From the NCBI GenBank assembly GCA_963804645.1, contig CAWDRG010000017.1:576001-640000 (forward strand): 64,000 bases of DNA, read 5' to 3'. The stretch is from an uncultured Bacillota bacterium (GTDB lineage Bacteria; Sysuimicrobiota; Sysuimicrobiia; Sysuimicrobiales; Segetimicrobiaceae). The translations under genes and the position numbers were made by a program. Positions 29,675 through 40,555 of this stretch are shown in pieces (positions within the stretch are counted from its first letter, which is position 1; each line of letters opens with the position of its first letter). Below the pieces are notes generated by a model that was not told the DNA's origin, did not search any database, and was given only the letters and a program-made list of their open reading frames with translations.

Positions 29675-30703
29675 TTACGCGTAGACGTCCAGCGTGAGCG
29701 CACTGACGTCGGGATCCGGGCTCTCCTTGGCGAACGCCACCGCCGCTTCGATCTCCTGCGCCACGTCGGCCCGCAGCGCCTCCGCCGAGGCGGCGGTCAG
29801 GTGCTTGTGCGCGATCAGGGTCTGCTGAAGCTGCTCGATCGCATCCCGGGTCCGCCACGTGTCGACCTCGGCCTTGTCCCGGTAGTTGAGCGGATCGCCG
29901 ACGTGGTGCCCGAGGTACCGGTAGGTGACGCAGACGACGAGGGACGGCCCGTCCCCGGACCGCGCGCGCTCCACCGCCTCGCCGACGGTCCGGTAGACCG
30001 CGAGGACGTCCATCCCGTCGCAGCTCACGCCCGGGAAGCCGTACGAATCCGCGCGCACCGCCGGATCCGGGACCGACGTAAACCGGTCCGCCCGCGCCGA
30101 CATCGCGTACTGGTTGTTCTCGCAGATGTACACGACCGGCAGCTTCCAGATGCTCGCGAGGTTGGCCGCCTCGTGGAAGATCCCCTGGTTCAGGGCGCCG
30201 TCGCCGAAGAAGCACAGGACCACGTCGCCGCTCCCGGCGAGCTTCGCCGCGAGCGCCGCGCCGGTCGCCAGCCCGATGCCGGCGCCGACGATGCCGTTGG
30301 CGCCGAGGATCCCGGCGTCCACGTCGGCGATGTGCATCGACCCGCCCTTCCCCTTGCAGTACCCGGTCGCCTTGCCGAGCAGCTCGGCCATCATCAGCCG
30401 AGGGTCCCCGCCCTTCGCGAGACAGTGACCGTGGCCCCGGTGCGTGCTGGTGATCCGGTCGCCCGGATGCAGAACGCCGCAGGCGCCCACCGCGACCGCC
30501 TCCATCCCGATGTATGGATGGGTCGTGCCCCGCATCGCACCTTCGCGGTAGAGATCCAGCGCGCGCTCGTCGAACCGCCGGATGAGCAGCATGGTCCTCA
30601 GCATCGCGACAAGGCGGTCCGCGGTCAGCTCGGCCGGGATTCGCACCGCCGGGGCCGTCCGTGTGCCTTCCTTGCGCGTCTTCGATGCGCGTACCGCCGC
30701 CAT
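29675..30703 (-). CDS. TPP-dependent 2-oxoacid/acetoin dehydrogenase E1 alpha subunit
   Basis: STHRGHGH, GKGGSMH, FFGDGA...CENN, TYRYLGH. Confidence 0.93.
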   Translation of the reverse strand: MAAVRASKTRKEGTRTAPAVRIPAELTADRLVAMLRTMLLIRRFDERALDLYREGAMRGTTHPYIGMEAVAVGACGVLHPGDRITSTHRGHGHCLAKGGDPRLMMAELLGKATGYCKGKGGSMHIADVDAGILGANGIVGAGIGLATGAALAAKLAGSGDVVLCFFGDGALNQGIFHEAANLASIWKLPVVYICENNQYAMSARADRFTSVPDPAVRADSYGFPGVSCDGMDVLAVYRTVGEAVERARSGDGPSLVVCVTYRYLGHHVGDPLNYRDKAEVDTWRTRDAIEQLQQTLIAHKHLTAASAEALRADVAQEIEAAVAFAKESPDPDVSALTLDVYA

Positions 30704-30869
30704 GGTCACACCTCGGGCGCGCCGGCATCGGGGCCGGGCGCGCCCTCCGTGTTCGCTGGCGCGCACGGCAAACCCTACAGCCGCCGTCGGGGCAGGAATC
30801 GGGTCGCGTAGCGGCGCATTTTGCCAGACGGACGATCGACCTTCATCTCCACATCGAGGGACGCGCATT

Positions 30870-31894
<1,025 letters not shown>

Positions 31895-31895
<1 letters not shown>

Positions 31896-33091
31896 TGGCC
31901 ACGACCGTCGTCCTGCCGAAGCTGGGCCTCACGCAGGACGAGGGCACCATCGTCCGGTGGCTCAAGCGCGAGGGCAGCGCCGTCACCAAAGGCGAGCCGC
32001 TGTTTGAGGTCATGACGGACAAGGCCACCGTCGAAGTCGAAGCCTCCGCCACGGGCACGCTGCTTCGCATCCTCGTCCCCGAGGGCAGCGCCGCGCCGGT
32101 GGCGGCCCCGATCGCGGTCATTGGGGCCCCCGGCGAAGCGGTCTCCACTGCGGGAGCCGCCGCGGCGCCGCCGGCCCCCGCCCCGAGCGCGCCGGCCGCC
32201 CCCGCGGGCGCCCCCGTCTCGGAGAGGGCCGAACGCGTCAGGATCTCACCGCGCGCCCGGGCGCTTGCGGATGCCCGCGGCCTCGACATCGGCACCATCA
32301 TCGGCACGGGACCGAGCGGCCGCATCATGGAGGCCGATGTGCAGCAGGCGCTCGCCGCGCGAACGCCGGGCGCGGCGCGCTACGACGGGGCGCCGGCCGC
32401 CGCCGCATCGCCCGCGTCGGGCGCGATGCGCGCCATCATCGCCCGACGGATGCTGGAGAGCCTGCAGACCTCAGCCCAGCTCACCCTCACGACGGAAGTC
32501 GATATGCGGGACACGGCCCGCCTGCGCGAGGAGCTCGCCGCCGAACTTGAGCGGCGCGAAGGGATCCGCCTCACCTACACCGATCTCATCGTGCGGGCCG
32601 CGGCGCTCGCGCTGCGCGACCACCCCGCGATCAACGCGCGGTGGGAACACACCGGCGTGCGCCGCCTGACCGAGATCCACATCGGCGTCGCGGTCGCCCT
32701 CGAGGAGGGCATCGTGGTCCCGGTGGTCCGCGATGCGGACCGCGCGGCCGTCCCGCAGCTCTCCGCGGCGATCCGCGACCTGTCGGAGCGCGCGCGGACC
32801 ATGCGGCTGCGGCCGGACGAGATGCAGGGCAGCACGTTCACGGTCACCAACCTGGGCATGTTCGAGATCGATGGGTTTACCCCGATCCTGAACGCGCCGG
32901 ACGCCGCGATCCTGGGGGTCGGGCGCATCCGCCGCCGGCCGATCGCCGTCGAGGAGCGCGTCGAGATTCGCCCGACGATGGTGCTGTCGCTGACGTTCGA
33001 TCACCGCGTGGTCGACGGGGCGCCCGCCGCGCAGTTCCTGCAACGCGTCAAGCACGTCCTCGAGCACCCCTACCTGCTGCTGCTGCCGTAG
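31895..33091 (+). CDS. Dihydrolipoamide acyltransferase E2 (one lipoyl domain)
   Basis: EVMTDKAT lipoyl site, ISPRAR E3-binding region, TFTVTNLG, FDHRVVDGA. Confidence 0.95.
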
Positions 33092-33168
33092 CCGACGCGC
33101 CGACACGGCGGCCGGACCACCGGCGGCCGTGATCCGTCCCCGACGGCCGGGGACATGGAGGTCGACCG

Positions 33169-33963
33169 ATGCCACCCACGATCCTGTTTAACGAGCTGAC
33201 CCGCACGGAGCTGCGGCGGCGGGCGCCCGACACGCTGCTGGTGCTGCCGACCGCGGCCACGGAACAGCACGGCCCGTATCTCCCCGTTGGGACGGACTGT
33301 TTCGAGGTGGAGGCGGTCGCCCGAACCGCCGCCGAGAAGGCCTCCTCGCGGATCTCGGTCCTCGTGGCACCGACGCTCCCCTTCGGCTCGTCGCACCATC
33401 ATCTGCCCTGGGGGGCGACGCTGTCGCTCAGCAGCGGCGCGTACTACCAGGCGGTGTTTGATCTGGTGCGGACGATCGTCGTCGAGGGCGGATTCCGCCG
33501 GGTGTTTCTGCTCAACGGCCACGGCGGCAACGACGTCCTGAACCAGCTCGTCGCGAGAGACATCGCCGTGCAGTTTGCGGCGAACGTCGCCGCCGGCTCC
33601 CACTGGGCGATCGCGTGGGACGCGCTCGTCGAAGCGGGCGCCCCCAAACGCGGCCACGTGCCGGGGCACGCCGGGGACTTCGAGGCCTCGCTCGTGCTCG
33701 CGATCCGGCCCGAACTGGTCTCGCCCGAGCGGCCGAAGGACGACCGCGTCTGGAACCAGAACCCGCGGAGCTTCTACCCAAACTATCACGTCGAACGGCA
33801 CGGGTTCTTTCAGTCCTTTGACGGGCACACGGACAGCTCGCACAACGCCAGCGCCGAGGTCGGGCAGCGCTACCTGGGCCTCATCACCGACGCGGTCGCG
33901 GACGCGTTCGTGCAGTTCTACCAGCAGCCGCTGCTTCCGGGACCGGGCTCACCCCGGACCTGA
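33169..33963 (+). CDS. Creatininase family protein
   Basis: EQHGPYLPVGTD, SSHHH, NGHGGN, HAGDFE. Confidence 0.9.
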   Translation: MPPTILFNELTRTELRRRAPDTLLVLPTAATEQHGPYLPVGTDCFEVEAVARTAAEKASSRISVLVAPTLPFGSSHHHLPWGATLSLSSGAYYQAVFDLVRTIVVEGGFRRVFLLNGHGGNDVLNQLVARDIAVQFAANVAAGSHWAIAWDALVEAGAPKRGHVPGHAGDFEASLVLAIRPELVSPERPKDDRVWNQNPRSFYPNYHVERHGFFQSFDGHTDSSHNASAEVGQRYLGLITDAVADAFVQFYQQPLLPGPGSPRT

Positions 33964-34062
33964 CCGCGTGCCGTCTCTGATCGCACCCCCCGACCGGTGC
34001 CTCCCGGTCCGAACGCGCATGAGTTAGCCGCGGCGCGCCCGGGGGAAACCTCCTAGAGAAGG

Positions 34063-34509
34063 GTGCCGGAGGAGGTGGCGAACGTGGTGCAGACCCTCGT
34101 TGTCGTCTTCTTGATCCTCGCGGGCGGAGTGCTCGTCCAGTCGAACATCGGCGCACTCGAAACGCCGATCAGCGTCGCGCTGCCTGGAGCGGCGGGCGCG
34201 ACCGTAACGGTGCTCGACATCATCCTCGCGGCGGCGGCGGCGCTGGTCGTCGCGTGGCTCGCGGGACAGGTCGATCGGGCGTTCCTCGCGTGGCGGCTCC
34301 TCAGGCGCGAGCGCACGGTGCGGATCATACGGGATGAGGTCGCCCCGTCCGGGCCGGTCGCGGACGAACGTCAGCCGAGTGTCATGTATGTCTCGCTCAG
34401 CAACATCCACAATCGGCTGGACGCGATCGAACAGCAGCTGGACGCACTGCGTCAGCGCCTGGACGCGGCGCTCGGAACGAGGGCGTCGGTGCGCAGCCTG
34501 CGGCAGTGA
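34063..34509 (+). CDS. Hypothetical membrane protein with C-terminal coiled-coil-like segment
   Basis: Two hydrophobic stretches followed by LSNIHNRLDAIEQQLDALRQRLD; start uncertain. Confidence 0.55.
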   Translation: MPEEVANVVQTLVVVFLILAGGVLVQSNIGALETPISVALPGAAGATVTVLDIILAAAAALVVAWLAGQVDRAFLAWRLLRRERTVRIIRDEVAPSGPVADERQPSVMYVSLSNIHNRLDAIEQQLDALRQRLDAALGTRASVRSLRQ

Positions 34510-34579
34510 CGCGAGGAGTCCTCCGGCATCGATCGAGCCCGTCCATGCGTCACGGGTCGCAATGAAGCAAATATGGCGC

Positions 34580-35260
34580 TTAGGTGACGCGCGGACGGGG
34601 ATAGAGCGCGCGAACGCTCACCGCGGCCAGGACAGCGCCGACGACCTGGGCCAGAATGAACGGAGGCACCGAGGCCGGGGCGATTCCCGCGAAACTATCC
34701 GAGAGCGTGCGGGCGAGGCTGACGGCAGGGTTCGCGAAACTCGTGCTGGAGGTGAACCAGTAGGCACCGGCCACGTAGGCGCCCACCGCGTACGCGACAG
34801 CGGTCTTCTGCCCCGCGTGGACGATGCCGAAGATGACGAGCACGAGCCCGAATGTCGCGACCACCTCCCCGAGCCACAACCCGCTCCCCGACCGCACTTT
34901 GTGCGACAAGGCCACGGCGGGCAGGGAGTACATGAGGTTCGCCACGATGGCCCCGACGATACCCCCGCCCACCTGAGCGGTCCAGTACGCCAGACACTCG
35001 TGCCAGGCCGTACCGTTGAGGATCCGATCCGCCAGCGTGACCACAGGGTTCAGGTGCGCCCCGGACACCGGAGCGAGCGCCAAGATGATCGCGGCGAGCG
35101 CCGCCCCCGTCGCCACGGCGTTCTCCAAGAGTTCGAGCCCGATCTCGTTCGGACTGAAACGTTGCGCGGCGATTCCTGATCCGATGATCGCGGTGAGGAG
35201 CAGCGCGGTTCCGATGAACTCGGCGAGCGCCCGCCGGCCCAGCGTCGGCGTCTCGTTCAC
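34580..35260 (-). CDS. MIP family aquaporin (AqpS-like arsenite channel)
   Basis: AEFIGTALL, SGAHLNPV, FANPAV; last gene of the ars operon. Confidence 0.9.
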   Translation of the reverse strand: MNETPTLGRRALAEFIGTALLLTAIIGSGIAAQRFSPNEIGLELLENAVATGAALAAIILALAPVSGAHLNPVVTLADRILNGTAWHECLAYWTAQVGGGIVGAIVANLMYSLPAVALSHKVRSGSGLWLGEVVATFGLVLVIFGIVHAGQKTAVAYAVGAYVAGAYWFTSSTSFANPAVSLARTLSDSFAGIAPASVPPFILAQVVGAVLAAVSVRALYPRPRVT

Positions 35261-35733
35261 CCGCGAGGTGCTGTGCCCTGCTGCTGCGTCGCGTGCTTCT
35301 CGATAATCACCAAGAGCTGCCTCAGGCGACGCTCGAGTTCAGCCGCCACCTGGCGAAACGCGACATAGCGGTCATCGTCGGAGCCCAGGGCGGCCGCCGG
35401 GTCGTCGAACCGCCAGTGAATCCGCTCCGGATCGCCAGGGAACAGCGGGCACGTCTCGCGGGCGCTGTCGCAAAGCGAAATCACGTAGTCGAAGCGCTGC
35501 CCGGCAAATTCGTCAACGTGTTTCGATCGCTGACCGCTGATGTCAACGCCCAGCAGCCGCTGCACGGCGCTGACGGCGAGCGGATGGACCTGCGACGGTT
35601 CCGTCCCGGCGCTCTGGACGTCCACGGTCCCGGCGCTCAGATGCTGCAGGATGCCCTCGGCCATCTGCGACCGTGCCGCGTTGTGTGTGCAGAGGAACAG
35701 CACGCGCGCCTGGGTCGGGGCCACGTCAGTCAC
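35257..35733 (-). CDS. arsC: Arsenate reductase, thioredoxin/LMW-PTPase type
   Basis: LFLCTHNAARSQMAE, SAGT, LCDSARETCP, HWRFDDP. Confidence 0.9.
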   Translation of the reverse strand: MTDVAPTQARVLFLCTHNAARSQMAEGILQHLSAGTVDVQSAGTEPSQVHPLAVSAVQRLLGVDISGQRSKHVDEFAGQRFDYVISLCDSARETCPLFPGDPERIHWRFDDPAAALGSDDDRYVAFRQVAAELERRLRQLLVIIEKHATQQQGTAPRG

Positions 35734-36550
35734 TCCCGTGACCGGTGCTGAGGGGCTTGCGCGCCCGGATGAAGGCGCTCATGAAGCGATCGCGGACCAG
35801 CGGCGCCGCCGCGTCGACGTCGACACCGTGACCCGAGAGGAACGCGCGCGCGTCTTCGATGTCGTACACGCGTGTCGGCTCGACGCGGATCGCGTCGAAC
35901 CCGGCCCGTGCGAGCTTGCTGACGTATTCGTCCCGTTCAAGCGCGCCGGCGACGCACCCGACCCACAGCTCCATGTTCCTGCGGATCTCCGCGGGGATAT
36001 CCCCCTGGACGACCACGTCGGAAACCGCGAAGCGCCCGCCCGGTCTGAGCACGCGAAAGGCTTCCGCAAACACGCGGTCCTTGTCGCCGGACAAGTTGAT
36101 GACGCAGTTCGAAATCACCACATCGACCGAGTCATCGGGGAGCGGAATGCGCTCGATTTCGCCCTTCAGGAACTCGACGTTCGCGACGCCCGCCTTGCGC
36201 TGGTTTTCCCGTGCCAGCGCCAGCATCTCGTCGGTCATGTCGAGGCCGTACGCGCGCCCTGCGGGGCCGACCCGCTTGGCCGAGAGCAGGACGTCGATCC
36301 CGCCCCCCGAGCCGAGATCCAAGACCACCTCGCCCGGGTGCAGCTCGGCCAGCGCGGTAGGGTTGCCGCAGCCAAGCGATGCTTGGACGGCGTCGGGCGG
36401 CAGACCGGCAATCTGAGCCTCGTCGTACAGGCCCGAGGTAATCGGATCCGCGGACCCGCCGCAGCAACTGGCGGCGCAGCACGAGGCGCCCCCCGCCACG
36501 CGGATGGCAAGTTGCGCGTACTTGTCTCGCACGAGATCCTTGACGTCCAT
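35726..36550 (-). CDS. arsM: Arsenite S-adenosylmethionine methyltransferase
   Basis: SCC..SCC, SLGCGNP, LDLGSGGG, ISNCVINL, WVGCVAGA. Confidence 0.93.
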   Translation of the reverse strand: MDVKDLVRDKYAQLAIRVAGGASCCAASCCGGSADPITSGLYDEAQIAGLPPDAVQASLGCGNPTALAELHPGEVVLDLGSGGGIDVLLSAKRVGPAGRAYGLDMTDEMLALARENQRKAGVANVEFLKGEIERIPLPDDSVDVVISNCVINLSGDKDRVFAEAFRVLRPGGRFAVSDVVVQGDIPAEIRRNMELWVGCVAGALERDEYVSKLARAGFDAIRVEPTRVYDIEDARAFLSGHGVDVDAAAPLVRDRFMSAFIRARKPLSTGHGSD

Positions 36551-36569
36551 ATGCACCCACCCTCCTCGA

Positions 36570-36944
36570 TCAGCTCTTCTGGCGCGGTTTGCCGATCCAG
36601 ACGATCTCGCGAGGATTCACCGCTTGGCTTCGGGTACAGCACTCCGCGTACAGGAACCCGAGCAACTCGCTGAGCGTGTTCGTGTTGGCCGCGTAGCGCA
36701 GAAACGTGCCCTCGCGCTGGACGGTGACAAGATCTTCGTGCCGCAGTTTCTCCAGGTGGTGCGAGAGCGTTGAGTTCGGGATGTCCAGCTCCGCCTGCAT
36801 GTCTCCGACGACCATGCCGCCCGGATGCGCGGAGAGCAGCAGGCGGAGGATGCGCAGCCTCGCCTCTGTGCCGATCGCCGAGAACATGTCTGCATAACGC
36901 GTGATGTCTCCGGGCGCAGGCAGGGGTCGCGCGGTCTCCTTCAT
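36570..36944 (-). CDS. arsR: ArsR/SmtB family repressor with C-terminal CC
   Basis: RLRILRLL, STLSHHL, LLGFLYAECC. Confidence 0.9.
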   Translation of the reverse strand: MKETARPLPAPGDITRYADMFSAIGTEARLRILRLLLSAHPGGMVVGDMQAELDIPNSTLSHHLEKLRHEDLVTVQREGTFLRYAANTNTLSELLGFLYAECCTRSQAVNPREIVWIGKPRQKS

Positions 36945-36967
36945 CGTCAGCCCTCCCCTCACAACGA

Positions 36968-36991
36968 ATATTTCGATAATACCAGAAATAT
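36968..36991. promoter_or_regulatory. Putative ArsR operator (inverted repeat)
   Basis: ATATTTC-N10-GAAATAT immediately upstream of arsR. Confidence 0.65.
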
Positions 36992-37075
36992 ACATACAGT
37001 CAAGCCTCGCCGGCCGAGCGCACTCGGCTGCGAAAAGGACTGGGCGACCGCCCACAGAAATGCCCTGTTTCAACC

Positions 37076-37744
37076 ATGCGTGCACGGACGCTGCAGGCCG
37101 TGATTTTCGACCTCGACGGGCTCCTGGTCGACACCGAAGCCCTGCATTATCGGTCGTGGCGGGACACACTCGCAGAAATTAACATCCCGCTCGGGCTCGA
37201 TGACTATTGCGACCTGTGGATTCGCGCCGGTGGGACGATCGACACCTACCTGCAGGCCCGCAACGCGCACCACGACCCAGAGATGCTGCGGCGGCGCAAA
37301 TCGGTGCACTATTCGACGTTGCTGGAAGCCGAATTACAGCCCATGCCGTGCGCGCTCGCGCTGCTTCGCGCCCTCCGTCCGCACGTGCGGCTCGCGCTTG
37401 CCACGGCGTCCTTCCGGATGAACGCCGACGCGGTGCTGCGGAAGATCGGTGCCGCAGACGCGTTCGACGTCGTCGCGACCAGGGAAAGCGTCCCACGAGC
37501 CAAACCCTCTCCCGACGTGTTTCTTCACACGGCACGGCATCTCGGAGTGGAGACCGACAGCTGTGTCGTGTTGGAGGATGCGGAAAAGGGCGTACGCGCT
37601 GCCCGGGGCGCCGGCATGCTCGTGATCGCCGTGCCGACGACGCACACGCGGACCAACGATTTTTCCGCGGCGACCCTGGTGGTGGACTCCTTGTGCGACC
37701 TCTCCTTGGAACGGCTGAAACGGCTCGTCGCGAACGCGACGTAG
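37076..37744 (+). CDS. HAD family phosphatase (beta-PGM/CbbY-like)
   Basis: IFDLDGLLVDTE, KPSPD, VLEDAEKG. Confidence 0.9.
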   Translation: MRARTLQAVIFDLDGLLVDTEALHYRSWRDTLAEINIPLGLDDYCDLWIRAGGTIDTYLQARNAHHDPEMLRRRKSVHYSTLLEAELQPMPCALALLRALRPHVRLALATASFRMNADAVLRKIGAADAFDVVATRESVPRAKPSPDVFLHTARHLGVETDSCVVLEDAEKGVRAARGAGMLVIAVPTTHTRTNDFSAATLVVDSLCDLSLERLKRLVANAT

Positions 37745-37879
37745 GCGGACCATCCCCGCGCGGGTCACGTGCCCAGCAACTCCGCCATCGAGGACCGTCC
37801 CACGGACGCGGCCAGCGATTCCCGACGGCCGCGCTGCGCGACATCCGGGCCGGGTGTGTGAGAACCGTGAGTGCGGGGG

Positions 37880-38464
37880 CTATCTCGCCGGCGTCGATCG
37901 ACGGCGCCAGATCAATGCGATACCGAACACCACGACCACGGCGACCCTGGCCGTGCGCAGCGCGACCAGCCTCCACGGACCAATCGGCATGGGCGGCAGG
38001 AGCGGATACACCACAAGCGCACTGACGCCGAGCACCAGCGCGCCGCGGACCGCCTCGATCGTGACCGCTCGGGAAACACGCTGCAGCGGAAGCTTGACGG
38101 CCAACAGACGGACGATCACGAGGGCGCCGACCGCTCCGGCGCCCACCCGGCCCGCGCCGATCAGGATCGCCAGCAAGGCGATCGCCCACATCGCCATCGA
38201 CGTCGTGAACTCAAGCGAACGATCGATCACGAGGCTGCGGACGTTCAGGCCCACGGTCAGGAGCCAGAGTCCCAGGAGGCACTCGTACGCCGTCAGCAGC
38301 GCCGCCCGCGCGGCGAGCGTTCACGCGAGCGCGACGCCCCCGAAGGTCTTGACCCCGATGTCCTTGTGTGCCGCCCGGCGTTCGAGCCCAACGAGCGCAC
38401 CCGCGCGTGCGGAGACGCCGACCTGCGTCAGACGCGATGCGACCTGTGCGGTGGTAAGCATCAT
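37880..38464 (-). pseudogene. MgtC/SapB-family membrane protein interrupted by an in-frame TGA
   Basis: ATG 38464 gives GALVGLERRAAHKDIGVKTF; TGA at 38323-38321 (codon 48); same frame continues LEFTTSMAMW... Confidence 0.65.
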
Positions 38465-38600
38465 CGTCGCGGTAGTTATGCCCTAGTGGCGCGAGTCGGA
38501 AATGTGTGACACAGGGCTACGCCGTTCTTGCTGGCCTGCAAGGATCTTGAGAGAGCCACCCGTATCACTTATCACGGACCCACTCCACTAGGACCGCACG

Positions 38601-39446
38601 CTAGGGCCCGTCTCTGATACGTCTGATCCTGCTGTCCAGCGCAACCACCTCTCGCCTCGCGGCCTCGGCAAAATCTTTGCCGGCGGACCGGAAAATCACT
38701 TGACGTGACGAGTTCACAATCACCCCGTCGCGGCGGCTGTTCAATCCGGCGCGGACGGCATCGCCCAGATCTCCCCCCTGGGCCCCGATCCCGGCGATGA
38801 GCATCGCCATGTCACCGATGATACGCCGCACCGTCTCCACGGCGTCCGGATAGGTGCCGCCGACCATCACCGCGCAGTTCCCGTGCGCATTCCACACCGT
38901 CGCGACATGCTCGGCCACGACGTGATAGAGCGGGCGGTCCCGCTGGGTCGGCAGATCCTGAAACTCGCGCGCGCCCGGATTGGAGTTGTGGCACAGCACG
39001 ATGATCCCCCTGTCTTCGCGCTCCAGGAAGGGACTCAGCGCCTCGCGCCCGAGGTACGGGTGGACGGTGACCGCATCGGCGCCGCAGATGTCGAAGACAA
39101 ACCGCGCATACGCCCTGTTGGTGTTGTCGATGTCTCCGCGCTTCGCATCGAGAATCACCGGTACCTCGGGGGCGGTCTCGTGGATGTGTGCGATCGTGCG
39201 AATCAGCGCCTCGATGCCGGCCGGCCCCTGCGCCTCGTAGAACGCAGAATTGGGTTTGTACGCGCACACCAGGTCGGCGGTCGCGTCGACGATGGCGCGG
39301 TTGAACGCAAAGATCCGATCGCCAACGCCCGCAGACGCGAGGTGCGCGACCGGAAGGCTGTCCGCATCGCTGTCCAGCCCAACGCACACAAACTTCTGGC
39401 GATCCCATCCGCGCTGCAATAGGCGGTTGAAATTGCGAGGCTCCAT
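38601..39446 (-). CDS. pyrF: Orotidine-5'-phosphate decarboxylase
   Basis: VCVGLD, YKPNSAFYE, ILDAKRGDIDNT, TVHPYLG, GIGAQGG, NSSR. Confidence 0.93.
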   Translation of the reverse strand: MEPRNFNRLLQRGWDRQKFVCVGLDSDADSLPVAHLASAGVGDRIFAFNRAIVDATADLVCAYKPNSAFYEAQGPAGIEALIRTIAHIHETAPEVPVILDAKRGDIDNTNRAYARFVFDICGADAVTVHPYLGREALSPFLEREDRGIIVLCHNSNPGAREFQDLPTQRDRPLYHVVAEHVATVWNAHGNCAVMVGGTYPDAVETVRRIIGDMAMLIAGIGAQGGDLGDAVRAGLNSRRDGVIVNSSRQVIFRSAGKDFAEAARREVVALDSRIRRIRDGP

Positions 39447-39649
39447 GGCGCCGTCACTTCGCCCACCGGCCCCTCGCACCCTGTTGAGGCCAGGCGTGCG
39501 CGCCTGTGCCAGCCGCATCGATTCCCTTGGGCGGCACGCGGACGGAACGGCTGGACGCATCGCCCGGAGGGGGAACGGGATGCTCGCCGCGAACGGGGCA
39601 CGGCGGCGGGGTGGTCCCGGCGGTCAGCGGGGCACGCGAGCGCGCCCGA

Positions 39650-40324
39650 TCACCGGTGCGGCCCGCGCAGCCCGTCGAGCTTGGCCCGCGTGCCGTTGAT
39701 GTCGGGCAGCTTCTCGCCGGCGTCCAGACGGCGCTGCACGCCCGTCCACCTGGCCTCGCGCTCGCGCAGCGTCTCGACGATCCCGGCCACGTCGCCCGGG
39801 GCGAGGAAGTACACGCCGTCCGAGTCGGCGAACACGATATCGCCGGGGTGCACGACCGCTTCGCCGATCCGCACCGGCATCTGCACCCCCCCTTCGAGCG
39901 CGAGGCCGTGCGTCGTGAGCGACGTGATGCCCCGGCACCACACCGGCAGGCCCAGCTCCTTCAGTTCCTCCCAGTCCGTCGCGGGACCGTCGACCACGAT
40001 GCCGACGGCGCCGGCGCGCGCCGCGGCGTACGCTACGCCTCCGCCGACGCAGGCGCGTCCCGTCTCCCCCGTGGTGTCGATCACGAGGACCTCGCCGGGC
40101 TCAATCACGCCGAGCGCGTAGTGCACCGCCGATCCATCCACGCGGGGGATATGCGCCGTGCACGCCCTGCCGACAGCCTTTGCGGGCCGGAACAGCGGCT
40201 GGACCCCCTGCGCGAACCCGAAATCTGTGATGTGCCCGAGCGTCGCCGTGCCAACACCCCGGAGCCCTTCCAGCGCGGCGGACAGTCCCGGCGGTGCAGG
40301 CGGGCGCGTACCTAACTGGAACAT
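39650..40324 (-). CDS. RraA/HMG aldolase family protein
   Basis: TATLGH, GEVLVID, GIVVDG, VHPGDIVFADSDGV. Confidence 0.85.
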   Translation of the reverse strand: MFQLGTRPPAPPGLSAALEGLRGVGTATLGHITDFGFAQGVQPLFRPAKAVGRACTAHIPRVDGSAVHYALGVIEPGEVLVIDTTGETGRACVGGGVAYAAARAGAVGIVVDGPATDWEELKELGLPVWCRGITSLTTHGLALEGGVQMPVRIGEAVVHPGDIVFADSDGVYFLAPGDVAGIVETLREREARWTGVQRRLDAGEKLPDINGTRAKLDGLRGPHR

Positions 40325-40555
40325 GTGCGGACCTCGCTTTAGCATGGCATGTCGTGACCGCCGATCGGACGCGTCCCTCGACGGCCCGATCCCGGCCCGG
40401 CTACCAGTACGCGGCGCGCGCGCTGCACTCCTTTGGACTGTGGGGGGCGTTTGGATGCTCAGACACGCGACCAATTCAGGAACCGATCGACCGCCGGACC
40501 CGTTATCACGCACAGACACCGCCGCATGAATCGGGAGACTGGTGTGAACCGATCA

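Noticed and set aside
30704..30869. Sigma-54 promoter or invertible switch between E1alpha and E1beta
   Set aside because: No convincing sigma-54 consensus (TGGCAC-N5-TTGC) and no inverted repeats flanking E1alpha were found by eye.
38321..38323. Selenocysteine or TGA recoding
   Set aside because: The position is not Cys-like, and many genes in the window use TGA as a normal stop.
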